DNA of 64,000 bases from an uncultured Candidatus Saccharibacteria bacterium (lineage in GTDB: Bacteria; Patescibacteriota; Saccharimonadia; Saccharimonadales; JAGQNJ01), in assembly GCA_964493895.1 (NCBI GenBank), contig CAZBPY010000004.1, forward strand, positions 13,271-77,270. The letters run 5' to 3'. Made by a program: the position numbers and the translations under genes. A model generated the notes under the pieces. The model was given only the letters and a program-made list of their open reading frames with translations, searched no databases and had not been told where the DNA came from. Positions 43,924 through 53,381 of the stretch are shown piece by piece (within the stretch, counting starts at the first letter, position 1; the number at the start of each line of letters is the position of its first letter).

Positions 43924-44610
43924 CTATATGGCACCCGTATATTTTCCGCGAGCTTTATCGCTGACCAGCTTGCCACTGTCAATGGTGATGACCCGGCGCT
44001 TTAGTTTATTAACAATATCCTGGTTGTGAGTAGTTAGCAGTACAGTTGTGCCATAGCGGTTAATTTTCTCTAGTACTTTAATGACGTCCCAGGCGTGTTT
44101 GGGGTCAAGATTCCCGGTCGGCTCATCGGCTATAAGGATTTTTGGTTGCCGAGCTATTGCCCGGGCAATAGCGACGCGCTGCCTTTCCCCTCCAGATAAT
44201 TGCCAGGGGTACTGTTTCTCTTTGCCCTTTAGACCGACAATCGACAGGACTCGGGGCACGGTGTGCTCAATCTCTTTGTTGCTAGCTCCTACAATTTCTA
44301 AGGCAAAGGCTACGTTTTCTTCAACGGTTTTATTAGGCAGCAGTTTGAAGTCTTGAAAAACTACCCCGATTTTCCGCCTAATCAGGGGGATTTTTTTGTC
44401 GGGTAGATGTTCGTAATCAATGCCGCCAACCACTATTTTACCGCTATTAGGCCTTTCCTCGCGAGTAAGCAATTTCAAAAAAGTCGACTTACCAGCCCCA
44501 CTAGCTCCGACAATTACCACAAATTCTTTCGATTCAACGTGGAGGCTAACGCGGTCTAGGGCTACATTGGTCTTATTGTAAACTTTTGTAACTCGGTCAA
44601 GCAAAATCAT
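43924..44610 (-). CDS. ftsE: Cell division ATP-binding protein FtsE
   Basis: Walker [10 protein letters not shown], signature LSGGERQR, Walker [10 protein letters not shown]. 228 aa. Confidence 0.93.
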   Translation of the reverse strand: MILLDRVTKVYNKTNVALDRVSLHVESKEFVVIVGASGAGKSTFLKLLTREERPNSGKIVVGGIDYEHLPDKKIPLIRRKIGVVFQDFKLLPNKTVEENVAFALEIVGASNKEIEHTVPRVLSIVGLKGKEKQYPWQLSGGERQRVAIARAIARQPKILIADEPTGNLDPKHAWDVIKVLEKINRYGTTVLLTTHNQDIVNKLKRRVITIDSGKLVSDKARGKYTGAI

Positions 44611-44641
44611 GCATAACCATTATACCAGAAGGTAATTATGC

Positions 44642-45172
44642 TCATGCAGCTTTAGCTGTCGGAGTAGCTTGGAAGTGTAAAATACGCGAATGGCTAGCTT
44701 GCTGTTCAGTGAATCCTGGATCATAGACCTCACCAATTTCGACTTCTCGCAGCCAGTAATCTTGGCCACGATATTGGGCTAGACGCGCCCAACGCTGCAC
44801 GCCAGCAACCGTAATAACTTCGTCAGTTTTTGCTTCCTCGACGTCAAGCATTGTTTGCATCCATGGCTCGAGATCAACTGTTAAGCCGCGATCAGCCCGC
44901 CAAGACTGTTCTGCTTGATTCAAAGTTGCCTCTAGATCTGTTTGGAAACGAAGTGATAGTTGACGAATCAATTCATCACGGTAAGCTTCGTCAGTATCGT
45001 AACCATTCCGCTGCACAACTGGCTGTGGTTCTTGCTGCCCTTCGCTCTCAACAAAGCTAAATACCTGATCAACCACCATGGCGGCATGCTTAACTAATTC
45101 CGGGGTTAGCAGCTCAGCTTGTCTCGGAGGTAATTCTCGATACTTCTCGGGGTCGAAAGACACTGTAGTCAT
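44642..45172 (-). CDS. Hypothetical protein (176 aa)
   Basis: ORF co-oriented between prfB and ftsE. No motif recognised. Confidence 0.5.
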   Translation of the reverse strand: MTTVSFDPEKYRELPPRQAELLTPELVKHAAMVVDQVFSFVESEGQQEPQPVVQRNGYDTDEAYRDELIRQLSLRFQTDLEATLNQAEQSWRADRGLTVDLEPWMQTMLDVEEAKTDEVITVAGVQRWARLAQYRGQDYWLREVEIGEVYDPGFTEQQASHSRILHFQATPTAKAA

Positions 45173-45203
45173 TCTGATATTATATCAAATTTTCGATATA
45201 ATG

Positions 45204-46298
45204 TCAATGATTATTTGGGGTAGTTTTTTGGGTCAGGTATGCTTCGATCAGGGGGTCAAGATCGCCGTCCAGTACTTTCTGTACTTCGGTTGTTTCGTAT
45301 TTTGATCGTAAGTCCTTTACTTGCTTGTAAGGGTGCATAACATAGTTTCGTATCTGACTGCCCCACTCGTTAGCCTCGTTGGGACCTTTAAGTTCTTCGA
45401 CTTTTTCCTTGTGTTGCTCCATCATTAAGGCCGCTAATCTTGACCGCAAAATTGTCAAAGCCGTTTCCTTGTTTTGGAGTTGAGACCGTTCATTCTGGAT
45501 AGCCACCGTTATACCAGTGGGAATATGTGTCACGCGGACGGCCGAATCTGTCGTATTAACTGACTGGCCACCATGGCCGCCGGCTCGGTAAACATCGATT
45601 TTTATATCTTTATCATCTATTTCAACCTCTGTTGGCTCATCAATTTTTGGCATAACTACCACTTTGGCGAAACTGGTTTGACGTAGATTGTCGGCATTGA
45701 AAGGGCTTAACCTAACCAGTCGGTGCACACCATGTTCACCCTTGAGGCGGCCATAAACTAAATCACCATCAACCTCCAAGGTGGCACTTTTTATGCCGGC
45801 CTCGTCGCCGGCAGATTTATCAATGATAGTAGCGGTGTAGCCTTCGGCTTCGGCCCAGCGGCTATACATACGAAGTAACATTTCCGCCCAATCTTGAGCA
45901 TCCGTGCCGCCAGCTCCAGCATGTATATCTATGATTACGCTGGAGCGGTCGTATGGCCCGTCATAAGTTAATTCGTGAGCCTGCTTTTCAAACTGCTCTT
46001 TCAGGGATTGGTACTGAGCCTTTAATTCCTGTTCCATAGAATCATCACCAAACCGTACCATCTCCAAAATATCATCACAGGTTTCTTCTAGCCGCCGCCA
46101 GAGATCAATTCGCTTGTCCAGAGCAGCCAATCTCTTAGTGACTGATTGAGCCTTGACGTTGTCAGACCAAAACTTGGGATCGAGCGTCTTTTTATATAGA
46201 TCATCGCGTTCGCGCACCAGCTCATCCATACCAATAGCTGTCATGGCCTGACTAATCTTTAGGCGCAAATTATCAAGTTGTTTTTTGAGCTCTTGCAT
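45204..46298 (-). CDS. prfB: Peptide chain release factor 2, encoded without a programmed frameshift
   Basis: SPF tripeptide (RLSPFN) and GGQ (GGHGGQSVN). A continuous 364-aa ORF. Confidence 0.93.
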   Translation of the reverse strand: MQELKKQLDNLRLKISQAMTAIGMDELVRERDDLYKKTLDPKFWSDNVKAQSVTKRLAALDKRIDLWRRLEETCDDILEMVRFGDDSMEQELKAQYQSLKEQFEKQAHELTYDGPYDRSSVIIDIHAGAGGTDAQDWAEMLLRMYSRWAEAEGYTATIIDKSAGDEAGIKSATLEVDGDLVYGRLKGEHGVHRLVRLSPFNADNLRQTSFAKVVVMPKIDEPTEVEIDDKDIKIDVYRAGGHGGQSVNTTDSAVRVTHIPTGITVAIQNERSQLQNKETALTILRSRLAALMMEQHKEKVEELKGPNEANEWGSQIRNYVMHPYKQVKDLRSKYETTEVQKVLDGDLDPLIEAYLTQKTTPNNH

Positions 46299-46329
46299 TA
46301 CTTCTTACAAGTATAGCAAGAATGGTGGT

Positions 46330-46815
46330 CTACAGAAGGACTAGTACCAAGATGAGCAGGACTAAGACAATTGCCACGCCGATCATAACTAGTGGCATTT
46401 TGCTTTTGTGGCCTGTTTCAGTCGGCATTTCTGGCATGGCTCCGGACGTTGGGTTCACGCCTGGAGCTGGAGCCGGCATTGATACTGGGCCACCGGCCTC
46501 GGTTGGCGGTTGCGGTGATTGTGGCGATGCTGGCATTTGCGGATCGAGCGTGGGTGAATTTGTCATCTCGGGAGATGAGGCTGGAACTGGACCGAGATCG
46601 TTCATAGTTTGTCCAGGCTGCGGTTGGGGCATGGCTGGATTGCCCATGGCCACTGTATTTGGATCAGGGCCGGGCATCGGTTCAGGTGTGGGTGGATTAG
46701 GATTAATTTGCGGATCCTGCACCGGGGCGACGGGCGCGTCTGGAATCGGTGGCACCGGAGTCGCTGGGGCGTTTGGATCCTGCGGTTGATTATTAGTATT
46801 TGGGTCCATACACAA
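46330..46815 (-). CDS. Proline-rich tail-anchored membrane protein (hypothetical)
   Basis: About 135 aa of P/Q/N/T-rich sequence, then the C-terminal TM MPLVMIGVAIVLVLLILVLVLL. Co-oriented with its neighbours. A mirror Gly-rich ORF exists on the + strand. Confidence 0.5.
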   Translation of the reverse strand: MCMDPNTNNQPQDPNAPATPVPPIPDAPVAPVQDPQINPNPPTPEPMPGPDPNTVAMGNPAMPQPQPGQTMNDLGPVPASSPEMTNSPTLDPQMPASPQSPQPPTEAGGPVSMPAPAPGVNPTSGAMPEMPTETGHKSKMPLVMIGVAIVLVLLILVLVLL

Positions 46816-46864
46816 AACTCCTTATGGTTATCTAGGTCTAGTGTACGCTGCTAGGCTATCAGAA

Positions 46865-48160
46865 TCAATGCTTTTGCCAAAGTGATTCAAGATGGGGCAA
46901 AAGCTCGTTCACAAATTTAGAATCGCAGTTACCCAAAACGCCTAGACCACCGATTTTCTCGTCGAATAGTTGATTGGCCACGGCTACCATCTCCTCTTTG
47001 GTAACATTATCTATCCGCCCCGGAATGGCATAGGTATCTTCGATGTGATCATCAAAAAAATATCGGCTACTATACCCCATAGCTGTTCCAGCGACAGTCT
47101 GGGCACTGCGTTGAAATCGACCCAAGGCATATTGTTTAGCGGCAATAATGTCTTGGTCAGCGATCTTGTTGCTGCGAACAAAGCTAATCTCGCGGACAAT
47201 TATGTCAAAAAGCTTAATGATGTTTTGGGGCATGACTTGTGCGGCAAACCACCAATTGCTGCCGCCCTTCCATCGGGCGTAGGAAGAATTCATTCCATAA
47301 ACCAGACCCTGTTCGCGGGCAGCCCCGAAAATCCTGGAGTGCAGAGTTTCAGTCAACATGTTATTGACCAGTGCTAGAGCATCGGTCTCTTTGTTCTGCA
47401 TCCAGCGGGTCATGAATGTATCGATATAAAAATAAATGTTATCGACGGTCTTGTTAGGTATAAACAGTGGTTTTTTGACGTTCTTGGGCGTCTCTTGGTT
47501 GAGCTTGCGCCGGCCGCCTTTATTAGTTGGCAAGGCAATGCTTTCAAACAATTTGGCAATGGCTTCTTGCCGGGCGGCCGGCAACTTGCCAGCAACCACA
47601 AACCTAATATTGTCAGTAGTGTGGGTAGCTGCATAGTGAGCCTTGATGTCTTCAAGTTTGACGTTACCCATTCGCTTGACTCGTTCTTGATCAGTCATGG
47701 CACACAAGCCATACTTTTCACGCAGGGCCAGACTCAGGTGTCGAAAATGATTATTAGACCGGGCAATTAATTCTTCTTGGACATTGCCGAACTCAGCTTG
47801 AAACTCTTCTTCTAAAAACAGCGGCTTGGTAATGGCAAAAATAAACAGCTCTAAAACCCGTTGCCACTCAAAATCAGCACATTCAACCTCATAAGTAATA
47901 TCGTAAGCACCAGTCGAAGCATTATAATATGCGCCGTTTTTTTCAATCTCGCGCTGGAAATCTTTGGCCCGGGAAAAGCGTTGGTTAGCATTGAAAATCA
48001 GATGCTCTAACAGATGAGCAGTCTCCCATTTATCCCGGTTAAGCAGATATTCGCCAGCTCGAAAGTTGACGTCACAAGTTAGCACTGTGGCATCGGGAAT
48101 GTGGATCATAAGCCCTTTGGCACCGTTGGATAGCTTGAGTTCGCTAACGGTATGCTTCAT
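46865..48160 (-). CDS. M16-family (pitrilysin/insulinase-like) zinc peptidase
   Basis: Inverted zinc motif HxxEH (HLLEHLIF). 431 aa. The start overlaps the secA stop (TAATG). Confidence 0.75.
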   Translation of the reverse strand: MKHTVSELKLSNGAKGLMIHIPDATVLTCDVNFRAGEYLLNRDKWETAHLLEHLIFNANQRFSRAKDFQREIEKNGAYYNASTGAYDITYEVECADFEWQRVLELFIFAITKPLFLEEEFQAEFGNVQEELIARSNNHFRHLSLALREKYGLCAMTDQERVKRMGNVKLEDIKAHYAATHTTDNIRFVVAGKLPAARQEAIAKLFESIALPTNKGGRRKLNQETPKNVKKPLFIPNKTVDNIYFYIDTFMTRWMQNKETDALALVNNMLTETLHSRIFGAAREQGLVYGMNSSYARWKGGSNWWFAAQVMPQNIIKLFDIIVREISFVRSNKIADQDIIAAKQYALGRFQRSAQTVAGTAMGYSSRYFFDDHIEDTYAIPGRIDNVTKEEMVAVANQLFDEKIGGLGVLGNCDSKFVNELLPHLESLWQKH

Positions 48161-50835
48161 TATCGGCGACGCCCTTTCGCCCGGCGCTTGCGCTCGGCTT
48201 TTCTGGCTTTGGCTTTGCTGCGCTTTTTCTTTGGAGCTGGCCTTGGCCGAGCAGTTGGCTGAGCAGCAGCGACAGCTGGATCGGCCGGCAGATTGGCTCC
48301 AATTGGCGGCATCGGATTAATTGCTGATGGAGCGTTTAAGAAGTCAGATTCTTCAAACTCATCGGCTTCAAGAATTTGGTCGGCGTTATCAACTGATCGA
48401 CGAGCCGCCCTGGTTAATTCTGTTTCAATCGGCCGATCCAGCTGGTCCTCACTGACTGGCTGAGCATTATAAATAGCCCGCAGCACATCGCGGCGCAAAG
48501 TAGACTGCATGTCTTCAAACATTGCCTGGGCTTGGCGGCGATATTCGACCAGCGGATCTTTCTGACCGACTCCCATCCAGCCAATACCATTACGCAAGTG
48601 ATCCATATCTTCGAGATGCTGCATCCAGAGATTATCAAGTACTTGCAGGTAGATGTCGCGTTCGACTTTACGCATGACTTCGTGGCCAAAAGCGGCTTCG
48701 CGGGCTTCGTAGAGTTCTTCAGCTTTTTGTTTTATGACTTTTGGAAACGTCAGAATATCAGTGTCGAACAGTTCATCTAGAGTTGCTTCATCAAATGGGA
48801 AAATATCCAAAATGACATCCTCAAAACCTGGTTGAGTAGCCTGAGGTGAGTTGGCCAGAGCGTCGGATTCTTGCTTGATAATGAAACGGATGCGAGCACT
48901 AATGTCGGCTTGTTTTAGAATTTCACGGCGCATTGTGTAAGTAGCTCGGCGGTGGCGGTTCATGACATCATCGTATTTAACGACGTTTTTTCGAGTGTCA
49001 AAGTGAAAGCCTTCAACTTTCTTTTGAGCCCCTTCTAGAGATTTGGATATAAAGCGATTTTCAATTGGCTGGTCTTCAGAATCCGTTAAACGGTTCATAA
49101 CCGCAGCGATTCTTTCACCACCGAAAATTCGCATCAAGTCGTCTTCACAAGACACGAAGAATTGGCTGACACCGGGGTCACCTTGGCGACCGGATCGACC
49201 GCGCAACTGGTTGTCGATACGGCGGGATTCGTGGCGCTCGGAGCCCAACACAAACAGCCCGCCGGCCTTTTTGGCCTCTGCATCTAAAACGATGTCCGTG
49301 CCGCGGCCAGCAATGTTGGTCGCCAGGGTGACCGCACCTTTGGTGCCAGCTTTGGCTACGATAGCCGCTTCTTTTTCATTATTCTTAGCATTCAAAACCT
49401 GGTGCGGAATGCCAGCCTTTTTTAGCAACCTGGATAGTTCTTCGTTTTTCTCGATTGAAACCGTGCCAATTAGAACCGGCTGGCCTTTTTTGTGCAGCTG
49501 CTGGACTTCTTTAATAATGGCTCGGAACTTTCCAGCCTCGGTCTTATAAATCCGATCCGGCCGATCTTCGCGAATAATTGGTTTGTTCGGTGGAATTTGA
49601 ACTACATCCAACTCGTAGACCTGATGAAATTCTTCACTCTCGGTTTCGGCTGTGCCGGTCATGCCAGCCAACTTGTCATACAAACGGAAGTAGTTCTGGA
49701 ACGAAATACTGGCCAGGGTCATTGATTCTTCTTGAACCGGCACAGCCTCTTTAGCTTCTATAGCTTGGTGCAGGCCCTCATTATAGCGGCGACCAGGCAG
49801 TAAGCGACCAGTAAATTCATCAACGATTACTACTTCACCATCCCTGGTAACGACATAGTTTTTATCGCGGTGAAAAAGAGCCTGAGCTCTTAGAGCTTGT
49901 TCTAAATGGTAAATCGTCCGAATATTTTGGTTGGCATATAGACTATCGATGCCCAGCATTTTCTCAACTTCGTCAATACCCTCGTTAGTCAGCACCACGC
50001 TGTTGCGCTTTTCGTCTTTGGTATAGTGTTTGCTTTCGCTAAGGCGTTTTACTAAGCGAGCAAATTGCTCATAGGCAGTGGCACTAGCTGCCGCCGGAGC
50101 CGAAATGATTAATGGAGTTCGAGCTTCGTCAATTAAGATAGAGTCAACTTCGTCAACGATGGCGAAATTCAAATCTCGCTGGCGCAGCTGGTCAACTTCC
50201 CGAACCATATTGTCGCGTAGATAATCAAAACCGAACTCATTATTTGTTCCATAAGTAATGTCAGCCTGATAGGCCTCCTGGCGAGTGCAAGGTCGCAGAT
50301 GTTTTAGCCGCGGATCGACATGCTTGTCGTTCTCGAACTTTGGATCATAGATAAAAGATTCTTCAGGAATGATTACGCCAACCGACAAACCCAGGAAGTC
50401 AAAAACTGGTCCGTTCCAGCCAGCATCACGCTGAGCCAGATAGTCGTTAACCGTCACTAGATGAGCCCCCTGGCCTGTCAAACCATTCAAAAACAGAGGC
50501 AGAATAGCCATCAAGGTCTTACCCTCGCCGGTTTTCAGTTCGGCAACATTACCTTCATGCAGAACCATACCGCCCATCAACTGAACATCAAAATGGCGCA
50601 TTTTCAGTTTGCGGTCTGATACTTCGCGGGCCAGAGCAAAAGCATCAGGTAAAATCTTGTCCAACGACTCCTTTTCCAGACGCTTTTTTAGTTTATCAGT
50701 CTGTTGACCCAGTACCTTATCTGTCATTTTTTTGTATTTAGGCGCCAAGGCGTTGACTTCCACAACCCGCTTGCTAAGCCTTTTTAGAGTGCGGGCCTGG
50801 GGATCTCCTAAAACTTTCTTGAAAACTTTTTTCAT
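48160..50835 (-). CDS. secA: Preprotein translocase ATPase SecA
   Basis: 891 aa. MRHFDVQLMGG, TGEGKT, DEVDSILIDEARTPLIIS, TNIAGRGTDI. Lys/Arg-rich C-terminus. Confidence 0.97.
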   Translation of the reverse strand: MKKVFKKVLGDPQARTLKRLSKRVVEVNALAPKYKKMTDKVLGQQTDKLKKRLEKESLDKILPDAFALAREVSDRKLKMRHFDVQLMGGMVLHEGNVAELKTGEGKTLMAILPLFLNGLTGQGAHLVTVNDYLAQRDAGWNGPVFDFLGLSVGVIIPEESFIYDPKFENDKHVDPRLKHLRPCTRQEAYQADITYGTNNEFGFDYLRDNMVREVDQLRQRDLNFAIVDEVDSILIDEARTPLIISAPAAASATAYEQFARLVKRLSESKHYTKDEKRNSVVLTNEGIDEVEKMLGIDSLYANQNIRTIYHLEQALRAQALFHRDKNYVVTRDGEVVIVDEFTGRLLPGRRYNEGLHQAIEAKEAVPVQEESMTLASISFQNYFRLYDKLAGMTGTAETESEEFHQVYELDVVQIPPNKPIIREDRPDRIYKTEAGKFRAIIKEVQQLHKKGQPVLIGTVSIEKNEELSRLLKKAGIPHQVLNAKNNEKEAAIVAKAGTKGAVTLATNIAGRGTDIVLDAEAKKAGGLFVLGSERHESRRIDNQLRGRSGRQGDPGVSQFFVSCEDDLMRIFGGERIAAVMNRLTDSEDQPIENRFISKSLEGAQKKVEGFHFDTRKNVVKYDDVMNRHRRATYTMRREILKQADISARIRFIIKQESDALANSPQATQPGFEDVILDIFPFDEATLDELFDTDILTFPKVIKQKAEELYEAREAAFGHEVMRKVERDIYLQVLDNLWMQHLEDMDHLRNGIGWMGVGQKDPLVEYRRQAQAMFEDMQSTLRRDVLRAIYNAQPVSEDQLDRPIETELTRAARRSVDNADQILEADEFEESDFLNAPSAINPMPPIGANLPADPAVAAAQPTARPRPAPKKKRSKAKARKAERKRRAKGRRR

Positions 50836-50880
50836 TAGTAATTAATCACCTCTTCTGTCAACTCAGTCTATTGTAGCAAC

Positions 50881-51246
50881 TTAGACTTGTCTGCGCGACC
50901 GAATTTTGGCCACCATGCGATGCGGTAAACGCATCCTTGAATGCGTTTCTTTGTACTTTTTAATTTGGTTTTTTAGCTTCGTCTCAATAATATCTACCGC
51001 TGCGTAAATATTCATGGTGGTCTCAGCAATCCTTAAAGTGTCGTGCGGCAGATTCAAAATCACCTCACAAGTATATTTTTGACCGCCCTTGGAGTTGTTG
51101 AGCTTTAACTTGACCACAAGATGAGCCGCTTCCCTAGCCCGTCGCGGAATAAATTTATCGACACTGCCAAGTTTTTTGGTGGCATACTTACGGAGCCTAG
51201 GTTCGACGTCCATATGAACGCCGGAAATTTCTAATTTTTGAATCAT
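50881..51246 (-). CDS. hpf: Ribosome hibernation promoting factor / RaiA family (short form)
   Basis: 121 aa. Beta-alpha-beta-beta-beta-alpha pattern with IYAAVDIIETKLKNQIKKYK. The start overlaps the serS stop. Confidence 0.8.
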   Translation of the reverse strand: MIQKLEISGVHMDVEPRLRKYATKKLGSVDKFIPRRAREAAHLVVKLKLNNSKGGQKYTCEVILNLPHDTLRIAETTMNIYAAVDIIETKLKNQIKKYKETHSRMRLPHRMVAKIRSRRQV

Positions 51247-52541
51247 GCTAGTTTCTCTTTATTGTTCATATATGGCCGCAGCACTTCTGGGATAGTCACC
51301 GAGCCATCGCTATTCTGATAATTTTCCAGTATTGCAATCAGCGGCCTTTCCGAAAACACTGTAGCATCATTAGTGTGAGCCAGTTCGGTGACACCATCAG
51401 TCCGATGGACCTTAGTGCGCATACCTCGAGCCTGAAAATCAGTTATATGATCAGCTGTGTGCGTTTCACGGTACTGACCCTGAGCCGGCAGCCAAACATT
51501 AATATCAACGCCTTTGGCGTTAGGAAAACCAATATCGGCCGTGCACTTTTCTAGAACCTGATAAGGCAAGCCCAGTTGCTGCATTAAATATTCCTGTATG
51601 GCTACCTGGAAGAGATGCTCATCAAGTGACCGATCAGCGGTGGTAAAGCTTTCCATCTCTAATTTATTAAACTGATGCAAACGGAAAATGCCCTCGGTAT
51701 CTTTGCCATAGCTGCCGGCTTCACGACGAAAGGCTGTGGTGTAACCCACCAACCGCAGCGGTAAATCTTTCTCATCTAGAGTTTCGCCTAAAAACATTGG
51801 CGACAAAGTGTGTTCGGCACTGGCGTTTAACCATAAGTCTTCGTCTTCAAGTTTGTAAGTCATTTCTTCGCGATTTAATCGACCGGTAGCTTCGAAAACT
51901 TCTGTTTTAGCCACGGCTGGCGGCAAAACAAAAGTAAACGGTTTAGGGCTAACTTCCAGATTGTTATCTTCGGCAATTTGAGCCAGAATCTTTTGGTCGG
52001 TTAAGATATCGATGCCGTACTGCCACAAGGCAAATTCCAGCCTGGCCAAATCACCCATGATGTAGGCAAAGCGGGCACCGGCAACCTTGGCGGCTCTCTC
52101 CTTGTCCAGCCAGCCGTGTTTTTCAGCTAGTTCAGCGTGACTTTTAGGTTTAAAGGCAAAGTCCGGTTTTTCACCCACGGTTCGAACCACGACATTTTCT
52201 TCTTCGCTCGAACCAACTGGAACTTCCGGCAAGGCTATATTTGGTATTTTGCGTAAGCCAGCCTTAAAGTCGGCTTCGAGTTTTTCTAGTTGATCCTCCT
52301 TGGTCGATAGCTCATCCTTGATCTGTTTGCCTTTTGTGATATCTGCTTCAGATGGTTTGCTACCTTTGGCGGCATGCGCTAGTCTATTGCGCTGAGCCCT
52401 TAGGTTCTCAACCTCGGTGATTAGCTCCCGGCGCTGTTCATCAACCTTCAGCAAAGCCTTTACATCGACTTCATAACCCTTGGCTCGAGCATTGGCGGCC
52501 ACAGCATCAGGATTGTCCCGAATAAACTGGATGTCTAACAT
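51243..52541 (-). CDS. serS: Serine--tRNA ligase
   Basis: MLDIQFIRDNP N-terminal coiled-coil arm. Class II motifs (FRREAGS, RLHQFNKLE, GQYRETHTADH-type region). 432 aa. Confidence 0.95.
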   Translation of the reverse strand: MLDIQFIRDNPDAVAANARAKGYEVDVKALLKVDEQRRELITEVENLRAQRNRLAHAAKGSKPSEADITKGKQIKDELSTKEDQLEKLEADFKAGLRKIPNIALPEVPVGSSEEENVVVRTVGEKPDFAFKPKSHAELAEKHGWLDKERAAKVAGARFAYIMGDLARLEFALWQYGIDILTDQKILAQIAEDNNLEVSPKPFTFVLPPAVAKTEVFEATGRLNREEMTYKLEDEDLWLNASAEHTLSPMFLGETLDEKDLPLRLVGYTTAFRREAGSYGKDTEGIFRLHQFNKLEMESFTTADRSLDEHLFQVAIQEYLMQQLGLPYQVLEKCTADIGFPNAKGVDINVWLPAQGQYRETHTADHITDFQARGMRTKVHRTDGVTELAHTNDATVFSERPLIAILENYQNSDGSVTIPEVLRPYMNNKEKLA

Positions 52542-52596
52542 GATTACCTATTATTATACCAGGTTTGACGCTGCAGTTTATAGCCGCACCTCCCTG

Positions 52597-53364
52597 TTAT
52601 TTAGCTTTAATGTGATCGAGTGTCAACTTGGTACGCTGCCGAGCATACTCACAAAAATCACAAGGTCCGCCCATGGCCGCCGTCCCAACCTCTGGCATAT
52701 CACCTTCCAGGGTGTCTTTCATCTGCATTAAAGTTTTCTCCACCCACTTGTCACTGCCCCTGTAGGGGATGATTTTGGTCCGGAATTCAACTCGGTCATA
52801 AAAACCCTCGACATCAAGACGGCCATTTGCATAAACAAAGTATCCGGTGTCACTGACTTTAAAGCCATTTTGCCTAAGCAACCATTGATAGACCTCGATC
52901 TGTCGTTTGTAGGCAATCTGCCAATCCGAGTCAATATTTACTTCGCTGGCTTTGGCAGTAGCCTTATAGTCAACCACTATTAGCTCTTGGTTGGAATTGA
53001 CCCAGATATCATCGACTGCGCCAGTCACTAGCAGATTAGATGGCTGGTGCAAAACCTGAATACCGACAAAATTTTCTCGCCATTTATCCAGATCATCATG
53101 AGCAAACGGTATAGCCTCGACGCTATACTCTTGCATGATGGCATGCGGTGTACCCTTTTTACGGTGAACGTCAAATTCTTTTTTCAGCAGTTCATCGATA
53201 GCCGAATTAATTCGAAATGGCGGGCTGCTGGGACGTCTGATCTTCAACCGGGCATCCAACCAAAAGCAACGCCGGCACTGTTTGAATAGTTCAATCTTGC
53301 TGCGGCTAACTTTAAAGGCCGCTTTTTGGCCAGGTTTATACGGCAAAGCCCTTTGATATCCCAT
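52597..53364 (-). CDS. PD-(D/E)XK nuclease, Cas4/RecB-like, with four Cys
   Basis: N-terminal CRRC and C-terminal CDFC. GAVDDIWV, VVDYKAT (D-x-K) and QIEVYQW motifs. 255 aa. Confidence 0.7.
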   Translation of the reverse strand: MGYQRALPYKPGQKAAFKVSRSKIELFKQCRRCFWLDARLKIRRPSSPPFRINSAIDELLKKEFDVHRKKGTPHAIMQEYSVEAIPFAHDDLDKWRENFVGIQVLHQPSNLLVTGAVDDIWVNSNQELIVVDYKATAKASEVNIDSDWQIAYKRQIEVYQWLLRQNGFKVSDTGYFVYANGRLDVEGFYDRVEFRTKIIPYRGSDKWVEKTLMQMKDTLEGDMPEVGTAAMGGPCDFCEYARQRTKLTLDHIKAK

Positions 53365-53381
53365 AGGCTTTTATTGTAGCA

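Noticed and set aside
45204-46298. The programmed +1 frameshift typical of prfB.
   Set aside because: The RF2 ORF is continuous from its ATG with no in-frame TGA near codon 26. RF2 is simply encoded without the autoregulatory frameshift. Its presence, together with TGA stops at mraY, doc and msrA-upstream junctions, argues against UGA recoding.
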